The notes beneath the pieces are model-generated. The model did no database searches. It was not told where the DNA came from and saw only the letters and a program-made list of their open reading frames with translations. Made by a program: the position numbers and the translations under genes. This document shows, one piece after another, positions 9,467-19,162 of a stretch of DNA of 64,000 bases; positions within the stretch are counted from its first letter, which is position 1; each line of letters begins with the position of its first letter. Origin of the DNA: an uncultured Gammaproteobacteria bacterium (GTDB lineage Bacteria > Pseudomonadota > Gammaproteobacteria > DRLM01); contig CAVSNY010000007.1 of NCBI GenBank assembly GCA_963729605.1, forward strand, positions 1,120,001-1,184,000, written 5' to 3'.

Positions 9467-10943
9467 CCGATACCGTGAATAATCCATTGCTGCAACGGCG
9501 GGCCGGGATACTGTTGCACATCACGTCGCTGCCCGGTCCGGCGCGTTGCGGCACCTTGGGCGCCGAGGCCTATCGCTTCGTGGATTTTCTCGCGGCGGCG
9601 GGCCACAGCGTATGGCAGACCTTGCCGGTGGGGCCGCCGCACGACGACGGTTCGCCTTATCAATGCCTCTCGCTGCACGCCGGCGATCCCGCGCTCATCA
9701 GCATCGAGAATATGATTCAGTCCGGTTGGCTGGACGCCGCGGCAGCGGCGGAGCCCTGGAATGAATTGCTCGCCCATGCGCAGCGCGGCTTTGAGCGGCA
9801 CGCCGCCGCCGACCTGCAAAAACACTACGCCGATTTCGTCGCCGCCGAGCGCCATTGGCTGGACGATTACGCCTTGTTCCGCGTGTTGCGCGAAGAATGC
9901 CGGCACGCCGCCTGGGTCGATTGGCCCGCCGCGCTGCGCGACCGTGAACCCGCCGCGCTGGCGGCGGCGCGCCGGCGTTGTGAAGCGGCGATCCGGCTGA
10001 TCGGTTTCGAACAGTTCGTATTTTTCCATCAATGGCTGGCCTTGAAGGAATACGCCCACGGCCGCGGCGTTCTGCTGTTCGGCGACATGCCGATCTTCGT
10101 CGCCCACGACAGCGCCGACGTGTGGGCGCAGCCGCGATCTTTTCAGCTGGACGCGGACGGCCGGCCGACGGTGGTGGCCGGCGTGCCGCCCGATTATTTT
10201 TCGCGCCACCGGCCAGCGCTGGGGCAATCCCCACTATCGCTGGGAGCGCATGCAGCAGGACGGTTTCCAATGGTGGATCGGCCGGGTCGAGACGCAATTG
10301 CGGATGTTCGACCTGGTGCGCATCGATCACTTCCGCGGCTTCGAGAGCCTACTGGGAAATTCCCGCCGAGCACGCCGACCGCCATGCACGGGCGCTGGGT
10401 GCACGGCGCCGGGCGACGCCTTGTTTCAAGTGTTGCGCGCCTGTTTCGATCCGCTGCCGATGGTGGCGGAAGATCTGGGCATCATCACCGCCGAGGTCGA
10501 AGCGCTGCGCTTGAGCCACGGCTTTCCCGGCATGAAGATTTTGCAGTTCGCGCTTCGACGGCGGGCCGGCCAATCCTTATCTGCCGCACAATCACCAGGC
10601 GCTGTCGGTGGTCTACACCGGCACCCACGACAATGACACCACCCTGGGTTGGTATGCCGCGCTGGCGCCGGCGACGCGAACGTATGTCGACGACTACCTG
10701 CACGCCGCCGACGAGGCGATGCCCTGGCCGCTGATCCGCGCCTGCATGGCCTCGGTCGCCGCCTTGGCGGTGATTCCCATGCAGGATGCCCTGGCCTTGG
10801 ACGGCGCCCATCGCATGAACACCCCCGGCACCAGCGCCGGCAATTGGCGCTGGCGTTTCGAGTGGGCGCAAGTGGACGGCGCGCTGGCGCCGCGTCTGCG
10901 CCGTCTCGCCGAGCTTTATGGACGGGTGCCGCCGCGTCCGTAG
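9463..10943 (+). pseudogene. malQ: 4-alpha-glucanotransferase (GH77), frameshifted
   Basis: GILLHITSLPG, GDMPIFVAHDSADVW, GVPPDYFS, RIDHFRGF, AEDLG, YTGTHDNDT, RMNTPG..GNWRWR. Confidence 0.88.
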
Positions 10944-11096
10944 CTTGGAGCGCCTTTACGCTGTGTCCAGCGCGGGGAATTCAGGCACGGGAAGCGAAAA
11001 TGCGATTTTCGCTTCCTTAGATTTTCAAATGGCGTCATTGAAAATGGCGGCGCCTCCGTGTGCCGCGGGAACGTCTGAACAAATCGGAGGTTCCTC

Positions 11097-11132
11097 AATA
11101 AAATTTAAAGCAAGAATAAAATTTAAAACAAG
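11097..11132 (+). repeat. 18-bp AT-rich tandem repeat, two copies
   Basis: aataaaatttaaagcaag aataaaatttaaaacaag. Confidence 0.8.
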
Positions 11133-11320
11133 CCGCGTCGCGGCGGCGTCCGGCACAAATCCCCGCGACAAAGAAACAGGATTCCGCATACCCGCCGCGA
11201 GTCGCTCGGAACACATTGAGGTCTGCGAAGAGGAAACACGCCGTTCTGAATTCGGCGGGTCCACGAGGACGTTGCCTCGCGGACCCTCCCGGTGGGCCGC
11301 CTTCGCCGCGGCCTAAGCCT

Positions 11321-13883
11321 CTACAACCACTTCATGCAGCCCATCTCGAAGCGATGGCTGAGCAAGGTATGATGGGGATAGATGCGGATTTTATAGTATT
11401 GCAGGCCCGGCAACGGCGGCGCCAAGTCGAGCCGGTAGCGGGTTTCGCCTTGCGGATTGTGATCCACCGCTTGGAAGTGATGACTGGCTTGCACGACGAA
11501 CTCCTCGCTCTCCGCCATCGTGCCCACCAGACATTCCACCGTGACATCCTGCGCCTGCAAGCCGTTGAGGTTGACCGTCACCTCGAGCGGCAAGGTGTCG
11601 CCCGCCCGCATCTGCAGTTGGCCGGAATCGACGCGCTGTAGACTGACGCCCGCCCAGCGGGCGTTGACCTGGTTTTTCCAGTGGGCCAGTTCGCGGGCGG
11701 GGGCGTGATTCCGTTCCTGCATCGCGCGGTGCTGGCGGCTGGCGGGACCGTAGAAATGGGTCACGTAATCCATCAGCATGCGTTGCGCGTTGTAGCGCGG
11801 GATCAACGTCTTCATCGAGGTCTTGGACATCTTGACCCAGCGTTCCGGATAACCGTGGCCGTTGCGCTGGTAATAGGACGGAATGATTTCCTTCTCGAGG
11901 ATGTCCAGCAGCTCATTGCTTTCTTCGCGGTCGCGGAAGGCGGCGTCGTATTCCGGGCCGTGGGGGGTGATGGCCCAGCCGTTGTCGCCTGTAATAACCT
12001 TCGCCCCACCAGCCGTCCAGCACGCTGAGGTTGAGTACGCCGTTGATGCCGGCCTTCTCGCCCGAGGTGCCGCTGGCCTCCAGCGGATATTGCGGGGTGT
12101 TCAGCCACACGTCGACGCCGGTCACCAGTTTGCGGGCCAGCGACATGTCGTAGCCTTCGAGCAGAATGATCTTGCCCTCGAATTCCGGGCGGTGCGAGAG
12201 GTCGTGGATCTGCTTGATGAGGTGCTGCCCCGGGATGTCGTGGGGATGGGCCTTGCCCGCGAAGATCAACATCACCGGCCGCAACGGGTCGTTGAGCAGG
12301 CGCGCGAGGCGGCCCGGATCGGCGAACAGCAGGGTGGCGCGTTTGTAGGTCGCGAAACGCCGCGCGAAGCCTATCAGCAAGGTGTCGGTGTTGTCGGGGG
12401 AAAGGCAGGAGAGTGAGCCGCTTGATCTGGGTGGCGCTCAGGCCGCTGCGGCGATGCTGGCGCAAGGCCCGCTCGCGGGTCTCGTCGAGCAATTCCGACT
12501 TTAAGGATTGATGCAGGCTCCAGAAGCTGTAATCGGGGATTTCATCCACCCGCTCCCAGTATTTTTCATTGGAGAGTTGGTTGCGCCATTCGCCGCCGAA
12601 ACGCATGTCGAACAGGCTCATCCATTCCCGGGCGAGGAAGGTGGGTACGTGCACGCCGTTGGTGACGTAGCTCACCGGGTTTTCCGCGGCGGGGACTTCG
12701 GGCCAGATATAACCTTCCATCTGCGAGGCGATGCCGCCGTGGATGCGGCTGACGCCGTTGTGAAACCGCGAGCCGCGCAGCGCCAGGGCGGTTTGATTGA
12801 AGCCGCCTTCGTTGCCGGGACTGCTGCCCAGGGCCAGGAATTCCGCCATGCCGATCTTGAGCTGCTTGGCGTATTGGGAGAAATAGGTTTCCATCAACTG
12901 CCGGTCGAAGATGTCGTGGCCGGCGGGCACCGGGGTGTGGGTGGTGAAGACGGTGCCGGCGGCCACCAGTTCGCGGGCGGCGTCGAAGTCCATGCCCTGT
13001 TCCACTTTTTCGCGGCATGCGCTCGAGGATCTGGAAGGCCGCGTGGCCTTCGTTGATATGCCATACCGTGGGTTTGTAGCCCAAGGCGCGCAGCGCGCGT
13101 ACGCCGCCGATGCCCAGCACGATCTCCTGCTGGATGCGGGTGTGGATGTCGCCGCCGTAGAGTTGATAGGTGATGGAGCGGTCTTCGTCGGAGTTGTGCG
13201 GAACGTCGCTGTCGAGCAGGATAGAGCTTGATGTGGCCGGCGGTGACTTCCCACACCTTGAGCGTGACGCGCCGCTGGACGATGTCGACGTGGACGTAGA
13301 GTTCTTCTCCCTCGCCGTTGCGCGCCGGTTGCAAGGGCAATTGGTCGAAGTCGGTCCGCATGTAATGCGCGATCTGCTTGCCGTGTCCGTCGATGGTCTG
13401 GGTGAAATAACCCTGGCGGTACAGCATGCCCACCGCCACGAAGGGCAGGCCGAGGTCGCTGGCGGCCTTGCAGTGGTCGCCGGCCAGAATGCCGAGGCCG
13501 CCGGAGTAAATGGGCAGGCTCTCGTGAAAACCGAATTCGGCGCAGAAATAGGCGATCAAATCCTGCTTGGCGTCCAGATGCGGCACCACTTCGGGACGCA
13601 TGCCTTCATGGCGGTAGGTGTCGTAGGCGGACAAGGCGCGGTTGAAGTCCTCGACGAACACCCGGTCGTCGGCGGAGGCGTTGAGCCGCGCCTGCGAGAC
13701 GCGGCGCAGAAAGGTCTTGGGGTTGTGGCCGCATTGATCCCACAATTCGGGATCGAGTCGCACGAACAGCCCGCGTACCCGCCGGTCCCAGCTGTAAAGT
13801 AAATCGTTGGCCAGTTCCTCCAGGCGCCGCAGACGCGCCGGCAGCGCGGCTTGAACTTCAATGCTAAAACGTGTCCCCATCAT
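11321..13883 (-). pseudogene. glgP: Alpha-glucan (glycogen) phosphorylase, about 4 frameshifts
   Basis: [73 protein letters not shown]. Confidence 0.88.
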
Positions 13884-14095
13884 AAATTTGTTCCAATCCC
13901 TTCAGAGTGCCTTATGTATTTTCGTATGCGTAGCGCCATACTTGAGGCAATTAATATGCCTGAACCCAGCTTGCCGTATGGTTAGCGGATCGCGGCGAAA
14001 AGAATGTAGATTGATCTTAGGACATCACGGCGGCCTCTGGGTAGGTCCGCACATGTTTAATTATGAGGGGTATCGTTGTAATACCATTTTGGTCG

Positions 14096-14182
14096 TGGTG
14101 CCGGGAGGGAGAATCGAACTCCCACGATGTCACCATCACCGGATTTTGAGTCCGGCGCGTCTACCAGTTCCGCCATCCCGGC
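14096..14182 (-). tRNA. tRNA-Leu (anticodon CAA)
   Basis: Reverse complement GCCGGGATGGCGGAACTGGTAGACGCGCCGGACT-CAA-AATCCGG, long variable arm, GTTCGATTC, CCCGGCACCA; 87 nt with encoded CCA. Confidence 0.96.
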
Positions 14183-14194
14183 CGTCAGGCGGCT

Positions 14195-14222
14195 AGTATA
14201 TGAATTTATTCGCCGCGGGCAA
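14195..14222 (-). promoter_or_regulatory. Putative sigma70 promoter of tRNA-Leu
   Basis: TTGCCC-N16-TATACT followed by a GC-rich discriminator. Confidence 0.55.
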
Positions 14223-14279
14223 GTGATTTGTTGCGCGAACTTAACTTAAGTCGGGTGAACTTGATACTATGCGCGCGCC

Positions 14280-15314
14280 ATGCGCCGCAGTGACTTCCAT
14301 TATCCGCTTCCGCCCGCGCTCATCGCCCAGCGGCCCGCCGCCGAGCGCGGTGCCAGCCGTTTGCTATGTCTCGACGGTCCCAGCCGGCGGCTGGTCGATC
14401 GACGCTTTCGCGAGTTGCCGGACCTGCTGCGACCCGGCGATCTGCTTATCTTCAATGATACCCGCGTCATCCCCGCTCGCCTGTTCGGGGTAAAGGCCAG
14501 CGGCGGCAAGATCGAAGTGCTCGTGGAACGGGTGCTGGAGGAACGGCGAGTTTTGGCCCATATCAGGGCGAGCAAGGCACCAAAGCCGGGCATGTCTCTG
14601 TATCTGGAAGGCGGGCTGGAGGCCGAGGTGCGGGGCCGCGAGGGCGAGTTGTTCGAGCTGGTCTTCGGCGGCGAGCAGCCGGTGCTGAGTCTCTTGGAGC
14701 AACACGGCCACATCCCTTTGCCGCCCTATATCGACCGGCCCGATGCCGATGAAGATCGCGCCCGTTATCAAACCGTCTATGCCCGCCGGCCCGGCGCGGT
14801 GGCGGCGCCCACCGCCGGTCTGCATTTCGACGAGGCGATGTTGGACCAGTTGCGCACTCGCGGCGTGGAGAGCGCCTTCGTGACGCTGCACGTGGGCGCC
14901 GGCACCTTTCAGCCGGTGCGGGTCGATGAATTGAGCGCGCATCCCATGCACGCCGAATACGCCAACGTCAGCGCGGAAGTCTGCGAGCGTATCGCCGCCG
15001 CCCGCGCCCGCGGCGGCCGGGTGATCGCCGTGGGCACCACCGTCACCCGCAGTTTGGAGAGCGCGGCGGCGGGCGGCGAATTGCGGCCCTTCGCGGGCGA
15101 GACCCGTTTGTTCATCTATCCCGGTTATCGTTTCCGGGTGGTGGATGCCCTGATCACCAATTTTCATCTGCCGGAATCGACGCTGCTGATGCTGGTATGC
15201 GCCTTCGCCGGTTATGACTCGGTGATGGCGGCGTATCGCCACGCGGTGGAGCAGGAGTATCGGTTCTTCAGCTACGGCGATGCGATGTTCGTTACCCGTG
15301 ACGAGGGTGCCTAG
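14280..15314 (+). CDS. queA: S-adenosylmethionine:tRNA ribosyltransferase-isomerase
   Basis: [56 protein letters not shown]. Confidence 0.97.
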   Translation: MRRSDFHYPLPPALIAQRPAAERGASRLLCLDGPSRRLVDRRFRELPDLLRPGDLLIFNDTRVIPARLFGVKASGGKIEVLVERVLEERRVLAHIRASKAPKPGMSLYLEGGLEAEVRGREGELFELVFGGEQPVLSLLEQHGHIPLPPYIDRPDADEDRARYQTVYARRPGAVAAPTAGLHFDEAMLDQLRTRGVESAFVTLHVGAGTFQPVRVDELSAHPMHAEYANVSAEVCERIAAARARGGRVIAVGTTVTRSLESAAAGGELRPFAGETRLFIYPGYRFRVVDALITNFHLPESTLLMLVCAFAGYDSVMAAYRHAVEQEYRFFSYGDAMFVTRDEGA

Positions 15315-15341
15315 TCTAGTGCGCCACTCCGTGGGCACTCA

Positions 15342-15445
15342 TCCCCTCCTCGGTCGAGGAAGGGTGGCGGCGGAAGGAGCTCGCTTCTCAGTCTCAGCTT
15401 AACCACCCCGGCCCTGCGGGCCACCCCGCCTTGAAAAGGCGGGGA
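15342..15445. repeat. Inverted pair of CCCC/GGGG hairpin repeats (MITE-like)
   Basis: TCCCCTCCT..AGGAAGGGTGGC (15342-15368) and GCCACCCCGCCT..AGGCGGGGA (15420-15445); outer 9-bp inverted repeat tagtgcgcc/ggcgcacta at 15317-15486. Confidence 0.6.
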
Positions 15446-15647
15446 GAAACTTCTAGCCACACAGCTCCATTGTTGGCGGCGCACTACACTAGCCGGGCTT
15501 TACGCGAGTGCGGCCCGGGTGGGCCCGATTCAAAAAAGCTGATTGGCCGCCAAGGCGCGAAGGCCGCGGGGAGAAAAATCTCCGGATGCAGAGAAACGCT
15601 TGGCGATCGTGGTGTCTCGGCGGCGTGACGCTGGCGGGAACGGCTGT

Positions 15648-16424
15648 TTATTTTTCCACGAAGGCCCGTTCGATCACGTAGTGACCGGGTTCGCCGATGC
15701 GCGGCGAGATCTTGAAACCGCGTTGGTCGAGCAGGGCGCTGGTGTCCTTCAGCATGTGGGCGCTGCCGCAGATCATCGCGCGGTCGTGGGCCGGATCGAG
15801 CGGCGGCAGGCCGATGTCCGTGAACAATTTGCCGCTCTCGATCAAGTCATGCAGGCGGCCTTGGTTTTGAAATGATTCGCGAGTGACCGACGGGTAATAG
15901 ATGAGCTTTTCGCGGATCATGTCCCCGAGAAATTCATTGTGCTGCAAGGTCTGAGTGATGAAGTCCCGGTAAGCGAGATCGTTGACCTGGCGCACGCCGT
16001 GAAACAGCACGATCTTCTCGAAACGTTCGTAGGCGTCCGGGTCTTGGATAATCGGCATGAACGCGGCGAGGCCGGTGCCGGTGCTGAAGAGATACAGATT
16101 TTTTCCGGGGATGAGGTCGTCGATGATCAGCGTGCCGGTCGGTTTGCGGCTCACCAGCACGCTGTCGCCGACTTGCAGATGTTGCAGACGCGAAGTGAGC
16201 GGACCGTCCGGCACTTTGATGCTGAAAAATTCCAGATACTCTTCGTAGTTCGGGCTGACGATACTGTAGGCGCGCACTAAAGGCTTGCCGTTCACTTCCA
16301 GGCCGATCATCACGAACTGGCCGTTGATGAAGCGCAGGCCGGGGTCGCGAGTGGTTTTAAACGTGAAGAGTTTGTCGTTCCAATGATGGACGCTTAACAC
16401 GCGTTCTGTTGCATAGGTGCTCAT
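15648..16424 (-). CDS. fpr: Ferredoxin-NADP+ reductase (bacterial subclass I)
   Basis: RAYSIVS, GPLTSRL, STGTGLAAF, MICGS, C-terminal ERAFVEK. Confidence 0.95.
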   Translation of the reverse strand: MSTYATERVLSVHHWNDKLFTFKTTRDPGLRFINGQFVMIGLEVNGKPLVRAYSIVSPNYEEYLEFFSIKVPDGPLTSRLQHLQVGDSVLVSRKPTGTLIIDDLIPGKNLYLFSTGTGLAAFMPIIQDPDAYERFEKIVLFHGVRQVNDLAYRDFITQTLQHNEFLGDMIREKLIYYPSVTRESFQNQGRLHDLIESGKLFTDIGLPPLDPAHDRAMICGSAHMLKDTSALLDQRGFKISPRIGEPGHYVIERAFVEK

Positions 16425-16435
16425 GGTGTGGCCTT

Positions 16436-17383
16436 TTAACGTTGTGCGGATGTTTGCAGCGCCGCCACCAGGGCGGGCACGGCCTCGAAGAGATTCGCCA
16501 CCAGGCCGTAGTCGGCGACCTGGAAGATCGGCGCGTCCGGGTCCTGATTTATGGCGACGATGACTTTGCTGTCCTTCATGCCGGCGGTGTGCTGAATGGC
16601 GCCTGAGACGCCGACGGCGATATAGAGTTCCGGCGCCACCACCGTGCCGGTCTGGCCGACCTGGATGTCGTTGGGCGCGTAGCCGGCGTCGACCGCGGCG
16701 CGGGTGGCGCCCAGCGCGGCGTTGAGTTCCTTGGCGAGCGGGGCCAGTACCGCTTCGAATTGTTCGGCGCTGCCGAGCGAGCGCCCGCCCGACACCACCA
16801 CGCGGGCGGTCGCGAGCGCGGGGCGGTCGGAGACGTTGCGTTTTTCGCCCAGCCAGCGCGCTAAAGCAGTGGTGGCGGGCACGTCCCAGGATGTGATGCC
16901 GGCGCTGCCGCCGCCGGCCGCGGCGGTGAAACTGCTGGCGCGCACGGTCACGATCTGAATGGGGTCGCCGCTCTCCACCGTCGCGGCGACATTGCCGGCG
17001 TAAATGGTGCGTAAATAGGTCTTGGGGCCGGTGACGGCGGTCACGTCGGCGATCATCGCCACGTCCAGCAGCGCCGCGGCGCGCGGCAGCACGTTTTTGC
17101 TGAAGCTGGTGTGCGGCGCGAGGATGACCGCGTATCCACTGCCGTGGCGGACGAGCAGTTCGGCGACGTCCTCCGCAAGCGGGTGGGCGAGGTGTTCGGC
17201 ATCGGCGCGGATCACCTGCGCGACATCGGCTATGGCCGCCGCTTCTTCGGCGAGTGCGGCGGTGTCGTGACCCACTATCAGGATATGGACCGGTGCTTGC
17301 CAGCTCCGCGCGGCGGTGACCGCCTGGCGCGTCGCCTGTTTGAGTTTATGGCCGTCGTGTTCGGCGAGTATCAATACGCTCAT
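16436..17383 (-). CDS. etfA: Electron transfer flavoprotein alpha subunit
   Basis: ARVVVSGGR, GATRAAVDAG, QVGQTG, LYIAVGVSGAIQH, AINQDPDAPIF. Confidence 0.95.
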   Translation of the reverse strand: MSVLILAEHDGHKLKQATRQAVTAARSWQAPVHILIVGHDTAALAEEAAAIADVAQVIRADAEHLAHPLAEDVAELLVRHGSGYAVILAPHTSFSKNVLPRAAALLDVAMIADVTAVTGPKTYLRTIYAGNVAATVESGDPIQIVTVRASSFTAAAGGGSAGITSWDVPATTALARWLGEKRNVSDRPALATARVVVSGGRSLGSAEQFEAVLAPLAKELNAALGATRAAVDAGYAPNDIQVGQTGTVVAPELYIAVGVSGAIQHTAGMKDSKVIVAINQDPDAPIFQVADYGLVANLFEAVPALVAALQTSAQR

Positions 17384-18132
17384 GGCAACACCTTGGCTTC
17401 GACGCGGAGTTTTTCAACGAGTTCTTGCACGCTGGCGACTTTGCTGCCGGCCTTGCGCGCGGGCGGGTCGGCGACCTGGCGCTGGGTGAGGCGCGGGCCG
17501 GCATCGACCCCGAGTTCCGCCGCATTGATGGTCTGTATCGGTTTCTTCTTGGCCATCATCAGATTGGGCAGCTTGACGTAGCGCGGCTCGTTGAGGCGGA
17601 GGTCGGCGGTGATGACCGCCGGGAGGCGCAGGGCGAGGGTTTCGGTACCGCCGTCGATCTCGCGGGTGACTACGATCTCCTCGTCCCACACTTCGATCGC
17701 CGAGACGGCAACGCCTTGGCCGACGCCGAGCAGGGCGGCCAGCATCTGCCCGGCCTGGCCGGCGTCGCTGTCGATGGCCTGTTTGCCTAAAATGATCAGA
17801 TCCGGCTGTTCGCGTTCCACCACGGCCTTCAACAGCTTGGCCACCCCCAGCGGTTGCAGGACGGCGTCGGTCTCGACCAGAATGGCGCGATCCACGCCCA
17901 TGGCCAGCGCGTGACGCAGGACATCCTGGTTGGCGCTGCCGCCCAGCGACACGGCCACGACCTCGCTGGCCTTGCCCCGCTCTTTCAGGCGCAGCGCCTC
18001 TTCCACTGCGTTTTCGTCGAAGGGGTTGATGCCCATTTTGACGCCGGCGATGTCCACGTCCGAGCCGTCCGGCTTGATGCGGACCTTGACGTTGAAATCC
18101 ACCACCCGCTTGACCGCGACCAACACTTTCAT
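17380..18132 (-). CDS. etfB: Electron transfer flavoprotein beta subunit
   Basis: MKVLVAVKRVVD, NPFDENAVEEA, GKQAIDSD, DLRLNEPRY; GGAGG RBS. Confidence 0.95.
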   Translation of the reverse strand: MKVLVAVKRVVDFNVKVRIKPDGSDVDIAGVKMGINPFDENAVEEALRLKERGKASEVVAVSLGGSANQDVLRHALAMGVDRAILVETDAVLQPLGVAKLLKAVVEREQPDLIILGKQAIDSDAGQAGQMLAALLGVGQGVAVSAIEVWDEEIVVTREIDGGTETLALRLPAVITADLRLNEPRYVKLPNLMMAKKKPIQTINAAELGVDAGPRLTQRQVADPPARKAGSKVASVQELVEKLRVEAKVLP

Positions 18133-18203
18133 AACTACCTCCAATTGCGGGCTATTATGAACGCGGTTAAACTATTTGTGAAATAGATTGATTAGATAAT
18201 AGT

Positions 18204-18220
18204 TATCGTATTTACAGATA
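18204..18220. promoter_or_regulatory. LysR/FinR-type operator TATC-N9-GATA overlapping the regulator start codon
   Basis: TATCGTATTTACAGATA dyad in an AT-rich divergent promoter region; its last A is the A of ATG. Confidence 0.55.
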
Positions 18221-19146
18221 TGAGATACAGCTTACGACAACTGGAGGTGTTCGTCGCGGTGGGGCGCTGCGAGAGCGTATCGCGGGCGGCGGAGGCGCTC
18301 GCGCTGTCGCAGTCGGCGACCAGCACCGCCCTCGGCGAGTTCGAGCGCCAGTTCGACAGCCAACTGTTCGACCGCGTCGGCAAAACCTTGCGGCTCAATG
18401 AGCTCGGCCGGCAATTGCTGCCCAAGGCGGTCGAGTTGCTGGACCGGGCCCGCGAGATCGAGGACCTGCTGGAGGGCAAGGCCGGCTTCGGCGCCTTGCA
18501 GATCGGGGCCACCTTGACCATCGGCAACTACCTCGCGGCGCTGATCATCGCTTCTTTTCTTCAGCGCCACCCGGAAAGCCGCATCCGCCTGCAAGTGCAC
18601 AATACCGCCACCATCGTCCATCAGGTGGTGCATCACGAACTCGATCTGGGGCTGATCGAGGGCGATTGTCATCACCCCGACCTCGAGGTGCAGTCCTGGG
18701 TGGAGGACGAACTGGTGGTGTTTTGTTCACCCGAATACCCGCTCGTCCAACGCGGCGACGTGTCGCTGGAAGAATTGGCCGCGCAACCCTGGATTTTACG
18801 CGAACACGGTTCCGGCACCCGCGAGACCTTCGATCACGCCATGCGCCACCACCGCGTCCCGCTCAATATTCGCTTGGAACTGGAACACACTGAGGCCATC
18901 AAACGCGCCGTGGAGTTCGGACTGGGCATAGGCTGCATCTCGCGGCTGACCTTGCGCGAGGCCTTCCGCCGCGGCAGTCTCGTGCCTATCGCCACCCCCG
19001 CGTTGGATTTGCGCCGGCAGTTTCGCTTTCTCTGGCACAAGCAAAAATATCAGACCGCGGGCATGCGGGAATTCCTGGCGCTGTGCCGGGCCATGACCGC
19101 CGGTATTCAACGCAGTGACGAGATTCCGCTCCCGCTCATTTCTTGA
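18220..19146 (+). CDS. finR: LysR-family regulator, FinR/YeiE-like
   Basis: LRQLEVF HTH, GATLTIGNY, PWILREHGSGTRE, LELEHTEAIKRAVE; divergent from the fpr-containing operon. Confidence 0.8.
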   Translation: MRYSLRQLEVFVAVGRCESVSRAAEALALSQSATSTALGEFERQFDSQLFDRVGKTLRLNELGRQLLPKAVELLDRAREIEDLLEGKAGFGALQIGATLTIGNYLAALIIASFLQRHPESRIRLQVHNTATIVHQVVHHELDLGLIEGDCHHPDLEVQSWVEDELVVFCSPEYPLVQRGDVSLEELAAQPWILREHGSGTRETFDHAMRHHRVPLNIRLELEHTEAIKRAVEFGLGIGCISRLTLREAFRRGSLVPIATPALDLRRQFRFLWHKQKYQTAGMREFLALCRAMTAGIQRSDEIPLPLIS

Positions 19147-19162
19147 GACCAAGAGAGTTACC

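Noticed and set aside
14096-14120. tRNA-Leu 3' end as the attachment site of an island covering the left part of the window
   Set aside because: No integrase and no duplicated tRNA 3' end seen in the window.
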